Source: Vicugna vicugna
Taxonomy: Eukaryota
Direction: 5' to 3'
Length of the DNA stretch: 64,000 nucleotides
NCBI GenBank assembly: GCA_013265495.1
Contig: MU058206.1
Location: forward strand, 312,001 to 376,000
Positions 50,261 through 63,709 of this stretch are shown in pieces. Below the pieces are notes generated by a model. It had not been told where the DNA came from, did no database searches, and saw only the letters and a list, made by a program, of their open reading frames with translations. The translations under genes and the position numbers were made by a program. The stretch's first letter is position 1. Each line of letters starts with the position of its first letter.

Positions 50261-53200
50261 GTTGAGCTAATAATATCCTTCCCAGGATTTTCTTCTCCCT
50301 ACAGTTCAGAGGAACCCAGGAGGTCACAGAGCTACAGAGAAGAGAGAAATAGTGACAGAGCTATGCAGAGCCAGCGGGCCAGGAAGGCAAGCTGCCGAGG
50401 TTGGTGGAGGTGACCATGCAGGTGGGGGGATCCCAGGAGTCCCCAGCAGGTCAGGATTTCCTGGCTCTTCTCTCAGTTGACCTTGAGAGCACAAGAGGAC
50501 AGCCCAGGCCTGGACCCCTCAGTCCTCCAGGGACAAGGTGCTTCCACTTTCTCAGGGACTCCATTTTGAAAGTGCTTTGAAGGTCAGATCCCCAAGTCTC
50601 AGCTTCTGGGCAGGCTCCCAGGTACCTGGGAAAGCTTCTTCTTGCTTGGACATCTGAGGACCGTCAACACAGAAAACAGAAAAATCCTCCATTTCAAGGA
50701 GGTTTATAAAGCCGCACAGCCAGCATCCCATAAATCTCACCTGCCACCCTCCCCAAGATGATGAGTGAGTGACCCACCACATCAGTTCTTCCAGATGTCC
50801 CAGCCGGCAAGTCCCAGGCTCAGGCAGGGCCACGGGTGCCAGCGGGAAAGCGGTGTCCCAGTCTGAGGGAGCCTCTGGGATTTATGGGTCTCCAGGATTT
50901 ATGGTGGGTGGAGTCTCTACCCAGAGTTTCCCTGGACAGCCCAAATCCTCCTTCCCCTCTGAGGACTCTTCTAGAAACAGCCCCCACATCCCTCTGACGG
51001 GCTCTGGCCCTCTCACCGCACTCTTGATTAGGCTCGAGCTGGGCCTTCCAGGGCAGGGCCCCTGCCTGTCTCCCTCCCTGCTGTAGCCCCATGCCTAGAA
51101 CTATGCCCAGTACCTAGTGGGTATCAATAACATTTGTGGAACAAATGAACAGTTCTTCTTTCTATTCAGGAGACCAAAATAGTACTTGTATTTTGTGGCT
51201 CTAAGGCTCCACCAAACAAATCATTGGGTTGTTAATCCTCGGGTCTGAGGCTTTGCACAGTAGAAAGGGGGAGCACACATGCTCCATCCATTGGTTAAAC
51301 CCACCTACTTCCAGGCACCACCTGTTGGAAACATAAAAGGAGCTGGAGAGAGAAAGCACAGTGGGGCAGAGAGGAGTCCCAGGAAGAACAGTGACTACCT
51401 GGTCTTTGCCCCTGATGAAGGTGCAATGGGTGTAGCTTGTAGCAAGAAGACTCATGGTTTGACATCAAGAAGGACTTCGCAATGTATTTTGGTGAATCTT
51501 GGACGGTTTCATTACTGATGTGTCCAGAGCAGGGGGATGCCCGAGATGACTTCTTGATCCTCCCAGATGGTCCTTTGGGGCCTCCCAGGCCCAGTCAAGG
51601 CTCTGCCCACCAGGCGTGGGTGGCTGGACTGTGGATGGTTGGCTGGAGCCTGCATCCTTGGTGTGCGCCAACCCGGCCAAAGGTGCCCCAAGCACTGCCT
51701 GGCCTGGGATAGTGTCCAGACTTGGTCCCCAGGGTCCTCCCACCCCTGCTGGACAGCGGCCTCTCCCAGTGACTCAGCCCTGACGTCGTGGGGCGAGCGG
51801 AAAGGCTGAGGGCGTGGGAGGTGGTGGCTCCCTCCCTCCTGTCCTCACCTCCCTGGGCTCAGTCCCCATAACCTCCTTCCCTCCCACCATCCCTACCCTC
51901 TCACCTCCTCGTGAGTTTCCCATGAGCCCGTGCGCTCAGGGCCATTGCCTTTGCCTGTGGGCACATGCCTTCTGTGCCTGGGATGTGCCAGGCCACCGTG
52001 GCTCATGAAATCAAAGAAGCACAGTGTGAGAGGCCCTGGTCTGGATCCTGTGTCCCCTCTCCTCACCTTTAGCGGGTGATGGGCCACCCACATTTCTTAG
52101 GTGACTGGGGCATTCTTGGTGCACACTGAGGCCTCTCTGATCTGCTCTCTACCCCATGCCCTCAAGGGCCTCCCTTGGGTGTGTGATCTCAGCTTTTTGA
52201 TTTCCCCCAGATGGGAGAAGGGCCCTGGGATTTGTACTTTCCCCCACCCTGCAGACCAGTGCACTCAGGCCTCCAGCTCTGCCCTGCATGCACCCCGCCC
52301 AGCCGGCCCCCTCCTCCATCCCACTTCAAAGCCCAGAGCCAGCAGGAGCTAATTACATGCCCCCCACCCCCCTCGCTTGTTAAGTGTCATTAGCCCCAGT
52401 TTACAGATGAGGAAACTGAGACTAAGGAGGTGGAGGACGTCAACCCCCTCTATCCCCACCCTAGCCCCTGAGTCAGGACTGGCACAAGATCTGGGGACCG
52501 GGCCAAGACTCCCCTTCCTTGGAGAAGCCCAGGGCCCAGTGCCCATTCTAGCTCCCACTTCCTGCCTTTCCCTAGCCCTTCTCTCCTTCCCACGAAGCCA
52601 GCTGTGGGTTTGAGCTGACAGCTGTGGAGCCCCTGGGATGAGGTGGGCAGGGAGCCTCTCTGAAAGCTCACAGATGCAAAATGCAAATGAGCCCTCCAAT
52701 TATTATAGAGTCAGGGCGGTGGCACTTTAGGTAATAGGACCTGGGGAGTGGAGGGACCCCCCCCACCTTCCTGCTCATCAGCTTGCCAGAGGCCCCCCCA
52801 CCCCCCACTATGGGAAGAGGTTGGCGATGCTGTCACCCTGAATGGAGCTGGGCTGGGTGGGGCTGGGTGGGATGAGGTGGGGTGGGATCGGGGAGGGTGC
52901 TGACACTGGCAGGACTTCGGAGGGCACTGCGCTGATGCTGTCAGCTGGGATGGCCCTGCCCTCAGGGATGAGAGAGGAAGCCTGCATTTCAGCCCTCCTG
53001 GGGAAGGCAGAGGCTCCCTCCGTGGTCTGGGAGTGCGGCCAGCTCCTTGAGCCTGTTTGACTCAGCCAACTGAGGCCTAGTGGGCTGCGAGATCTTTGAG
53101 ACTCCCCCCAACAGAGGAGGGCAAGGCCATCCTTTTGACAGACAGGGAGACTGAGGTCCAGAGAGGGGAGTGATTTGTCTAACTGGAACTGCACAGTGTG

Positions 53201-56200
53201 GAGAGAGGAGCAGACCATGGAGGATACAGTAAATGAGAGCAGGGCTCCTGAGGGAAAAGTGAAGGCCAGGAGTGGGGAGTGGATGAGAAGTATGGGGGCC
53301 GTAAGGGGAAAAAGCATTGCTCACAAAGCTGTCACCTTCTCCAGTGCTGGGATTCATGGTACATTTCTTTCATGGCTCCTTTGGACAGCCAGCATGGTGG
53401 GCCTATGGCAGAAGATAAACACATATCTGCTCAGTAGCTGAGTTTTTCAGTGCTAATGACTCCATGAATGCTCAGGGGTTTAAACTGCAGCAAGAGAGAT
53501 GGAGGACAGATTTCAGGGAGAACTTTGTCCTTTTGGGGATAAGGGCCTCTGAGATAAGTGCCTAACATAGGAGGCGGCACTCTGCTCTGTCTGGTACCCT
53601 GGGTTATTCTCTGGGGTGAGGGTGGGGGGATGCCTCTGGCACCCACTCCACAGGCGTCCCCCCCCCCCACTGTCCTCATCGTGCAGTGAAAGGCGCACGG
53701 GCTTTGTCTGTCATCATGGGAAGATCCCACGTCTGGGAAAACTGGCAGTGATGTCACTGCAGCTTTGGACCAGGTGTGTGGCTGCCCCTTGCTGAGCCTT
53801 TGCACCTGCAGCTGCAAGGGTCTCAGCTGAGGTCTCGTGGGGCAGCTGTGGGAAGAGGCATAATCCGGAAGCAGAAGGAACCAGAATCGAAGAGCCTGGC
53901 TCCCCTCCTCCCGTGTGTCCTCACCCATCTCCCTGACAGGACTTTCCAGCCCAGGATGTGTCTCTTCAGGGTCCTTTGGCTTGGTGACTCCTTGTTAGTG
54001 GTGAGGGCTGGATGCAGTGACTTGGGGAGGAGAGAGGTCAGGGCTCCTGGCTCTGTGTGCCTCAGTGGGGGTGTCATAGCTTCTCTGAGCTCAGTCCCTT
54101 CTGTTTTCAAATGAAGGGCTAGGACCTGAACAGTGGCCTTTACAGAGGTAAAAGAGTCCATGTTGTCAAATCCTGTATAGAAGGACAATTTGGGAGGCAG
54201 AGTTAAGCAGACTTGTTGAGGGTAAATCAAGGGTGGGGTCTGGCATGGGCCCGCTCTCAGCCAATATTCTCAGTTCCAGAGTCTGTGTCCCCTCCCCTGG
54301 GGAAATCCTCTCCCTCCTCAGCCCTCATCAGCAGAAGCTCAAGTTTTCCCTGGAACATGGCTTCTGTGTCTTATATTACTGCCCACCACCCTTCTAGAAT
54401 ATAAGACCTTCAAGGCAGGGACCGGTTTCTCTGGGACTGGTTCGCTGGCTCAGGTGTAAATATGGCAGAGGCCGAGTCTCATGTGTTCTGGGCTGTCACA
54501 ACTCTCTTGGCTGTCCCCACCCTGCGGGAGTTTGGAGACTTCCCCCTAGAAGGCCTAGCTTCTTCCATTTGGTCTGGTGGACAGAGCTCTGGCCCTGGTC
54601 CTGATGTCAACCTTCACTAGATCCCTGGGCCTGTTTCAGCAGACCATCTCCAATGACCCTTCCAGTTTGAACATTACATTAAAATCTATGTTCAGAAACT
54701 CCTTTGGTCCCACAAACTACCCCATCCTTCTTTCATTCGTTTGCATACCTATTTGCATAACTCTGCAGGAGTATCTAACAATGTCTGTTTTTCTGTTGAG
54801 CTGCCTTTGCTTCGATTTCTGGTTTCATCTTTCCCCTAAGTAGTTCAGTTTTCCAGTTACAATGAGCCAGAGAACTGCCTATGAAAGACGCAGAATCTAG
54901 TTGGAAAAGGTGAAAGGGCATCATCGTCCTGACATTCCTTTGGGATCTGAGAGGGGTTCTGAAGGTGAAATCCGCTGCCCTAGAGGTCTTGGAGAATCAG
55001 AGGAAGCCTGCTGAGATCAGCCTAGTGTGGTGACAGGGGACCACTCAGAATGTTCCCGGCCCTGTGGTCCAGGAGGGAGTCCAGGAAACAGGGAGAGGGG
55101 CACACAGGGCCAGCCCACCTCCAGCAGCTGGCATTCCAGGCGGCCTGCCTCCACTCATGCCATTCCTACCCACCTTGGTCACTGATGGCTGGCCCCTGGG
55201 GGAGGGCTGGGGGACTGAGTTACTGCAGGCTCCCGCTTCTTCTCAAGGGATTAGAGCCTTCACCCCCATTGGTGGCCCAAGGGGGAAAGCTAAGGGGTAG
55301 GTTCTGAAACTGCGGGTGTGGGTCCAGAAAGATACTGGCATGAGTTCTTCAGGGGATGAGGCCAGGCCCAGTGAGCCTCTACATCCCATACCCCCACCCC
55401 ATTGCGCTGGCCCTGCTTATGGAGCTTCTCTAGGCCACCCAGAGTGGATGTGTAGGGAACCCCTAGGTCCGAGCTCCTCTTTTCTTGCCCAGCACTCTGT
55501 CTTTTTGACAGCACCATGGCTGTCTGGATGGAGCCCCTTGTGAGGGGAGAACAATCAATCCCCGAGCTTATCCTATTCACAGGCTTTGCATTCTGCTCGC
55601 AGAGAGCCCTTCAGAGTGACGGGGGAGACAGTGATCAATCTGATGGGGGAGGTAAGACATCAATGTACTCAGCATATAGCTCCAGGGAAAGACAGCAGAG
55701 TGTAGACAAAGTGAATACTGAAGGGCTGGGGCACAGAGAAAAGGGTGAATAGAATCTGGGTAGGAAGTCTCAGCAGACTGCCTGGTGGAGGGGGCAGGGG
55801 GAAAGGAGCCTGGAACCAAGGAGGGCAGCAGAAAGGGATATTGCCTCAGAGTGGGGAAGGCTTAGGAAGAGGGGAGAGTGCAGGGGGATGAGAACCTGGA
55901 GTTGAGGAGGATGGGAGCTGAGGGAGGACAGTGAGGGCTCCAAGGAGCTGCCCAAAGGACAGCAGAGAGCCCAGGAGAGAAGAGGAGGGGAGAGGGTGGG
56001 GAGCCAGGAAGGTGGCGCCTCAGTCCCGGGCAGAGGGGCTGAGGGGTGGAGGGAGGTCGCTGAGTCCTCACAGGGCAGCAGGAAGGATGGAAAGGATGCA
56101 GGGGCCCAGAGGCAGGCCTGGCCCGGAGCCCTGACCGCACTCCCCCTCCCCGGTGCCCATCCTGGCCCACCCTGGCTCTGCTCAAGGCCAGCCGCATCCT

Positions 56201-56739
56201 GGCCCCCAGCTCTCCCCAAGCAGAGCCAGCCCGAGCCGGTGCCCAGAGAGCAGGGTGCTGCAGCTGCTGTGAGGGTTCAGCGTGGAGCCTCGGTGGGGGT
56301 TGATGGGAGACTGCCAGGCGCCGCTTAATAGGATTTTAATTATACAGCTCCAGCAAGAATTTTTTCCCCCCTGGGCTTGGGCCCTCACAGATACCTCCAT
56401 CTCCCCTCAGCATCTTCCCAGCCCTGGCAGCCCTCTCTCCCAGGCCCCCGATGCCCGCCCCCGCCCACCGTGGGGGACTCTGGCTATCTCCTGGGGGCCC
56501 AGGAAGGGCCTGGCACCTGCCCTCAGCAGTGGTGGGGGGGACACTGGCTCTTGGGGAGGGTCCTGCCAGGGACAGAGGGGGAGCCCTTCCAAGGTCAGCA
56601 TCCAAGGCTGAGCGTGGCTAGAACTGATTTTGGGACTGGGTGGAGAGGGGGAGCCTACCCTTCCACTCACTGTGGATTCAGTGTTCATTTTTCCAGAGTG
56701 ATTGTGCTCCATGCCGGGCCTTTCCACAGTGAGTGTCCT

Positions 56740-56900
56740 ATGTGACGCTTACAACAACTGCGGGAGGCAGGCAGGGCAGATAGAATGATAATCTCCATTT
56801 TATGGATGAGGAAACTGAGGCCCCAAGAGTTTAAGTGACTTGCCCAGGGACACAATGAGTAAGGAGTCTGGACTCCATACTGGACTCCACATTCTGGCTG
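56740..56900. mobile_element. MIR SINE fragment
   Basis: ctccattttatggatgaggaaactgaggcccc..gtttaagtgacttgcccagggacaca. Confidence 0.85.
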
Positions 56901-57425
56901 TGACCCTGAACTGCCATCCCCGTCCACCCCTCGCCCGTGCCAGAAGGAGCTGCATGCAGGTCTCCTGTTTAGGAAGCTCTCCTCCCCTCTGTCCGTCTGT
57001 CTCCCGCTTACCTTTCAGGCATGAGATACTACCTCCCTCCTAGTGTGGGTTTCATGCTCCATAGCTCCCGCATTTTGCCACCATAACCCATCACACCATG
57101 CTGGACTGCCTGGTTATCTGTCTGGTTTGCCATTAATCCGGGAGTTCTTTGACTCATCAAGACAAGACTTCCTGATGCCCACTGATCAAACGCTCAGAGC
57201 CTCCCCAACGAGAGTGCTCCGTGAAATACCCCCAGTCCCCTCCTACAGTTCGTTCGCCAGCCCCCACCCCCAGCCTCCCAGTCAGGCCCATGTCGGCCGC
57301 TGGTGTGGCAGAATGACCAGATGGACTTTCTTAGTGTCAGCTCTTTGTCTGAGTAAGGTATTTGTCTTTCTTTTTGGTCTTTATTATATTTTTAACACCT
57401 ATTTCTTTTTTGTTTGAGAATAATT

Positions 57426-57659
57426 CTATGATTATTTTATATTTTTTGTTTTTGTTTTTAAATGGAGGTACTGGGGATTGAATCCAGGACCCCGTGCATG
57501 CTAAGCACACACTCTAATTTGTTCTTTTTCAAGAATTTTTTTTTTGAGGGGGTCAGGCAATTAGGTTTATTTATTTGCTTAGTAGAGGTACTGGGGATTG
57601 AACCCGGGACCTCATGCATGCAAGGTACACACTCTACCACTGAGCTATACCCTCCCCCA
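57426..57659 (-). mobile_element. Compound Vic-1-like SINE (full monomer plus 5'-truncated monomer)
   Basis: Two gaggtactggggattgaa...gcatgc units (~57464 and ~57585); only the right one keeps the A-box half; outer TSD gagaataatt at 57416-57425 and 57660-57669. Confidence 0.88.
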
Positions 57660-57669
57660 GAGAATAATT

Positions 57670-57830
57670 TTAGATGTATAGTAAAGTTGCAAAGATAAAA
57701 CAGAAAGTTGCCATACACTCAGTTTCCCCTGTTGTTAACAACCTATTACCGGGGTAACTTTGTCCCAGCCAAGAATCAAACATTTCTATTAACTAAACCC
57801 AACACTTTATTCCCATTTCACCATTTATTA
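57670..57830 (-). mobile_element. Old LINE-1 3' UTR fragment (host of the compound SINE)
   Basis: ttagatgtatagtaaagttgcaaagata...cagaaagttgccatacactcagtttcccctgttgttaaca ... ctattaactaaac. Confidence 0.7.
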
Positions 57831-60479
57831 TATTTTTAAAAATTCCACAACAGCATTAGAAATTCAACAATATAATAAGGATCTCCCTTCACCCCCTCCT
57901 TCCAGGTCCTCCCATCCCAGGGGTAATTCCTCTGCCCCATTCTATGCAGACACCTTCTTCCTACCCCTTTTCACCAGAGTGTGGGTCATGAGCTCTGGCA
58001 GTCAGCACGCTGCTCGCCCTCATCTTCTGAGCGGCCCGATGACAATGGTTCTTGCCCATCCTCTCCCCTGCTGCAGGGAATGCTGTCCTCCCCAAATCCT
58101 GCCCATTCCTCGAATCTCTGCGTGAGCCAGGCTGCTTCCAGGTGGCTTTAAGGAGCTCCCAGCATCCCTTTTTCTCACTATCCACTCAACGCCTCTTGAC
58201 CAGCAAACAGTCATGGGTGATGACAGAGCTCCCCACACCCTGCTGTTTCCTGTACAGCTCTCAGAATGCAGGAGGCCCTAGGTAATGAGGCAGAGGGGAA
58301 CCAGGTCTTCAGGAATGTCGCCTGGATGTAAGTGACAGTGGGCAGTGCCCTCCACACTATGGTGGAGCAGATGGGAAGGTAGAAGACCCAATGTATGACC
58401 TCAGGGACCCCCCAGCCTGTGCAGGAGGCACCCACACATTCCTGGCCTGGCTCCTGAGTGACTGTGGCCCACAGAGCTCAGGCCAGGCCCACCGGTCTGT
58501 CCCCAGAGGGTGCTCAAGGCTGAGTAGGGGCGGGGGCTTGTGGATAAACCTCTGCCTTCCCTCTGCTGGATGTCGCTTCTGTTCTTTTCTGCTGGAGGCA
58601 GGGGAATGGCCAAGATATGTCTTGGCCTCAACTCACCCCAGCCAGAGGAGGAGGCTGTATCCCAGCCTTTTCAGGCTCATCCTGACCTCGGTCCACAGCA
58701 AGCCCTAGAGGTCAACTGGGAGCTATTACTTCAGCCTACCTGCCCCCATCAAAGCATCGTCTGCTTCCCTCCCAGCCTCCTGGCAGGCTGCTGCTGCTCA
58801 CTAGTATCACAGAGGACTTACCTTGTCCCACCTGTGCCAGTCGGCCTCACTCAACACTTTCTCCCAAGGCCCTGGGCGTGGGCTTGGGGCTGGAAAGGAG
58901 CTGATGCCTGTGGTGGCAACCCACCCACCTGAGGAGCTGATCAGCCTGACTGGCCACTGGTCAGCTCATCCATCTCCCTGCCTCAGCACTGTGCCTGCCT
59001 CCGCCAAACTCAGGCAAAGAAGGAAATTTGGGTGAAGAAAATGGCGGCTAACATCTGTTCCTCCCATCGTCAGGCCTTCTCCCACGGTCTTACAGCCTCC
59101 TCCTGGCTGCCCAGGCCTTCAAGTCAGAGAGGACAGGGCAGGAGAAGGGCTCTGGGGACAGGAGGGGTCCAGGGGGTGAGGACTGGTGGAGGGGAGGTTG
59201 CCCGGGGAGGAAAGGACAGTGGGGTCTGTCTCAGGTGTGTGCCCATGTTTGCAAGGTGGGGAGGAGCGGGTCCCCCAGGCCCCCCTGGGCAGAGTCTGAA
59301 GCAAGAAGCTAAAGCCCTGGGGAAACCCAGGTCTCCGGCCCTGTGGGCCCCAAGCCCGGAGGAAGCTGTGGAGCTGGACAGCCCGGGGGGCGGGGGTTGT
59401 AGCATCAGCCCGGCTGCTGTGGCACGAGATGAAAGGCCAGGAGTGGGGCTGTTGGCAGACGGACAGGCGGGCGGGTGGAGGCGCGGGCTGCGGGGAGCAG
59501 AGATAACTATCTGCGAGGGCTGCCAGGTGGAGACATGGCAGAGTGTGGAGGACGCGGGCGGAGTTCTAGCCCTTGGGATCAGGGCAGAGAGCCTGGAGTT
59601 GGAATGGTTCCCTGTGAGGTCATCTTGACCAGCCTGATGCCTCCAGGCACTCGGCCCCAACCAAGCAGGCCCTGCCTGGAGATGGCTTCTGGGGCTGGAT
59701 GCTCCTCCCTGGCCCCAGCCTGTGCTCCACCTAGCACCCATCCCGAGCAGTCCTCCCTGAAGTCTAACTGTGAGCCTTCTCTTTGCACTTACAGGCACTG
59801 CCCTCTGTGGGGAGGGTCTGCTAGCCTTGGCCTCTCGGTTCGTCACTTGCTAACTGCTGGAGTACATCAGATGGCCCAGGGCTGCTTCCATTGTAGTCAC
59901 CTTTTGCCCTTGATTCTGAATTTCTCTTACTTTAGCTGCATAATTATTTGTCGGTGTCCCTGTACCCCACCTTGGAAAGAAGGTTCTAGAGACCATGGAG
60001 AAAAGGAGAAAAAAATCTTTGTTTCCTAAATCTCTCTCTTAATGTCTCTTCACCATTCTCTACCCATACCCACTTCTCTGTCCAGGCTGTTTCTCATCCA
60101 GATATTGCTTCAACGGCTCCCTCTGAGAGTCCCCGAGACTCCTCATTTCCCTCTAATCCACAGTAGTCTTGCTAACGTGAGACTCTAACTATATCACTTC
60201 CCTGCTCAACAGCCTTCAATGCGGGACTGCCCTTGGAGCCAGCAAGAAGGCCCCCTGCTCCAGACACATCAAAGCGTAAATACAGCACGGGTGCTACATT
60301 TGTTCAAGTGCCTTGGATCTAGTACTGAGTGCGGCACGGCCAGCCGATAACTCTCCACATCTGCTCTTGTGATTAACAACTGACCACATTAGGACCCTCT
60401 CGCTCTAAGTTCTTGAAACAAAAAGCAGCGGTGTCTGTATTCTGTCAGAGTCCGCCTCAGTCAGTGACACCAAAGAACA

Positions 60480-61300
60480 TTGTGCAAAGTGGGTGGGTCA
60501 AATAAAAAATGAATGGGTATACTTTTTAAATCCTTCCTTCCAGATAGCAAACATGCAATAGGTTACTTTAAAAAAACATTCAAGAATAATGCCATGGAGT
60601 CTTTTTTGGTGGGGGGAGGTAACTAAGGTTTTATTTAGTATTTATTTATTTACTGAACCCAGGACTTCATGCATACTAAGCACATACTTGACCACTGAGC
60701 TATACTCTTCCCCTGGATTCTTAAATAATAAAATTTCCAAGCACCCATGCTCTTGCTTCTCTTTGAGTTCCTGAAGTACACACAAATTAGCATAGCTTTC
60801 AAAATAGATGCGCATTGCAGGTGAGAAACATTTTACGGTACTAAATAATTCATACAACTCGATTTGTATAAATGGAGGTCTAGATGTACCATACATGAAA
60901 TTTGATAGTGAATCTTTATATTGGCAATTTGATGGGCAATGAATCTTGGAATTACAAAGCATTGTATTTTATAAAATAATCTCATATTTTTAATTAAATT
61001 TACAAAATCTTAAACTAAACATTAGATTCACTTCAATAATTCTAATTTAGTGCTTTGATGTCCATTAACTATACTTTGTATTTTGCCTTTTAATATTAAT
61101 TGTTATATTAGAATATTTTAGTCATGTTACTATTCAGCCATATAAAACCCATGGCTCTATACAAATTTAAGTTTTATTACTATGAAGGCTTATTATCAAG
61201 GAAGGCAAGAAGAACATATTTTATTTAGCAGTTTGGTATCTCGATTTGTGGGCCTCCGTTAGTACTCTTGTCCTGGGCCCTGTACATTTTAGGGGTGGTC
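60480..61300 (-). mobile_element. hAT-Tip100 (Zaphod/MER115-like) DNA transposon fragment
   Basis: AT-rich island; reverse complement of the right end reads cccctaaaatgtacagggcccaggacaagagtactaacggaggcccaca...aaactgctaaataaaatatgttct, matching my recollection of the MER115/Zaphod terminus. Left boundary uncertain. Confidence 0.65.
60604..60713 (-). mobile_element. Vic-1-like SINE with internal deletion
   Basis: (TTTA)n followed directly by ctgaacccaggacttcatgcatactaagcacatacttgaccactgagctatactc; the gaggtactggggat segment is absent; TSD-like tggagtctt / tggattctt. Confidence 0.85.
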
Positions 61301-63474
61301 AGTTTCATTGCTACCCATTTTCTGCTGGACTCCTCCACGTGATCCACAGAGGCCTCCATGGCCTGGCTTCTGCTTGCTCTTCCAGTCCCATCCGCTGGAT
61401 GACTTCCTGCAGCCCTGGACAGAGGGGTTCCCAGAACACACTGCGTGTGCCCCGGGCCTGAGATGATCTCTCTTCCCTTGCCATTGTCTGATGGGCAAAT
61501 GCCATACTTTTAGTCTCAGCCTGCACGTGCCCTCCCCTGGTACCAGCAGGCAGATGGGTGCCTTTGCAGATGCCCCACTCTGTCTGGAAGGCATCTGTTA
61601 AGGTAGTTCTTACACCATCATGTGAGGCTTGTAGGCTGCCTCCCCCTGGATCAGGACCTTCTTGCGGGCAGGGATGAGTGGGGGCTCCGGGAGGAGGCAG
61701 GGGCCTTGATGGAAAGGGGACCAGAGCTCAGTTCTGGCCCTCAGTGCTGGGATCATGGATGCTTTGATATGTCTCAAGTCTGGACCCTGCAGAAACAACG
61801 TTCTAGGGACACCTAGATGAGACTGCTTGGTCTGTGCCCAGGTCTAAACCACCTGAGTAGGACGCAGAGAGCCAGGGCCTGTCTGTGGGCAGGTTGCTGG
61901 AAAGCCCTATTGTCCCCCACCCCCCTGCAGCTGCCCTGTAGCTATGGATGAGGGAGGGAAAGGGGGAGACAGGATGCCAGGAGGCAGCCAGTGTGAGGGG
62001 TAGGGTGGAGGCTGGGAAGAGGCAAGGGCCAATCGAGGAGGTCTATTGATACCCTCATCATAGTCTTTGGCTCCCCTGTTGGCAGAAGTTGTGGGGGTAG
62101 GTGGGAGATGAGGGTAGCCCTGCTTTCTCTCCTCAGAGGATGCCTTCCAACATGTTGGAGCCCCAACATTGATGGAGCACCTACTGAAGTGCTTCCCCTC
62201 ACTTTCCCTGGAGAACCACAGCTTGTCCATCAGGGAGGCATTAGAGACCATCCAGTCCAATCTTCCCATTTGACAGAGGAAGAAACTGAGGCTCAGAGAG
62301 AGGGAGGGACTTGCCCCATGGGGAGTGAGAGACAGAGCCTGGATGGGAGTTTGGGTCTTCTGACTCTTTGCCCAGGGTGCTCTCTCACTCTCCCTGGGAC
62401 TTCCAGGACAAGGACGTTCTCTGCCCAGAGCCCACGGAGCCCACAGCTCCGAGGACACATCACAAGTCCCCAGTATGGTAGCGGGCCCCGTGGAAGAACT
62501 TTCCAATGCTGCCATCCTCTGTGCCCTGCCCACCCCACCTCTGCTGGTCCACAATGCAAAGCAGCAAGGGAACTAGAGTGGCTCCGTCTCGCCTCAGTTC
62601 CCCTTCCTCCTGTGGACCCGAGAGCCTGGCCTCCGTGGGCCTTGCCTCCCCCTGGCCCAGCCATTGCATCTCTGGGTCCCTGAGTCCCCATCCAGCCTTT
62701 AGCTCCCCTAAGGCGCAGCTGCCTGGGATCTGCTTTCTTCAACCCAAAGGCCAGAAGAGGAGTCTGAGACAAGCCCCAGAACTAGCAAGTGAAAGGCTGG
62801 GTCCTTTGTTTCACCCTATTTATTTTTGTCATGATCATGATAATTGTCATCAGCATTCTCACAACAATGACAGATAACATTTCAGTGCTTACTCTATACT
62901 AGTGGCTCAGCTTATGAGGGAGTACTATTATTATTTTTCAGCTGGAAAAACTGAGGGCAGAGAGACTGAGTGAGGCCCAAAGGTGTCCCATTAGAAAGTG
63001 ACAAAGGGGCAGACCCCATGATCCATAAGAAGAGCACAAAGCCCAGAATATCCACCCTATCTCCAGGACTTCTGAGCCATGGCCAGGTGCTCCTCCTGCT
63101 TCCCCGGGAACCCCTGAGGAGCCTGCCAGGACCCCTACCCCCATGTCCACATCCCGAGACTGCAGCATGGTCAGCCAGCAAGGCTGGCAGGGGGCTGGGT
63201 GTGTGCAGACCCGCCAGAGAGGGGACCAGATTTCCTCCTCTCAGCCTTTGTCCTCTCGCACATCCTGCCCCTGCTGTGCCAGCAGGTGGCTCCGGATATG
63301 TCAGGGATGGACAGACACTCTGCTGATGATCCTGCTCATTCAGCCAACAGACATGGACTTGAGCTCCTCTTGCATCCCACACTGCACTGGGTACCGAGCA
63401 GACAGACCCAGGCATGGACTCTTTCCCCGAGAACTCACTGTCCAGAGGTGGTGATGGAAAAGAAATCTATTACC

Positions 63475-63700
63475 TTCATTCATTCAACAGATGATGACTT
63501 CTGTGTCCCAGGTGCCAGGTGTGCTAGTCTAGGCACTGGGGATACAGAAATGAAAAGAACAGTCCCAAATTCCTGCCCTTAAAGAGCTCACTTTCCAGAA
63601 AAGGGAAACAGAAAGTAGTTAAAAGAAATAAGCAAGTGATATGGCCTGTAGAAGGGGATGCATGCTGTGGGAAAAAAGCACAGGGAGGGGGTCAGAGAGT
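63475..63700 (-). mobile_element. LINE-2 3' fragment
   Basis: ttcattcattcaacag ... gtgccagg ... taggcactggggatacagaaatgaaaagaacagtcc ... cctgcccttaaagagctcac. Confidence 0.75.
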
Positions 63701-63709
63701 GGGAACATG

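Noticed and set aside
52845..52900. G-quadruplex-capable G-run arrays (also ~6280-6460 and ~19660)
   Set aside because: Frequent throughout this GC-rich window; nothing singles these out as functional.
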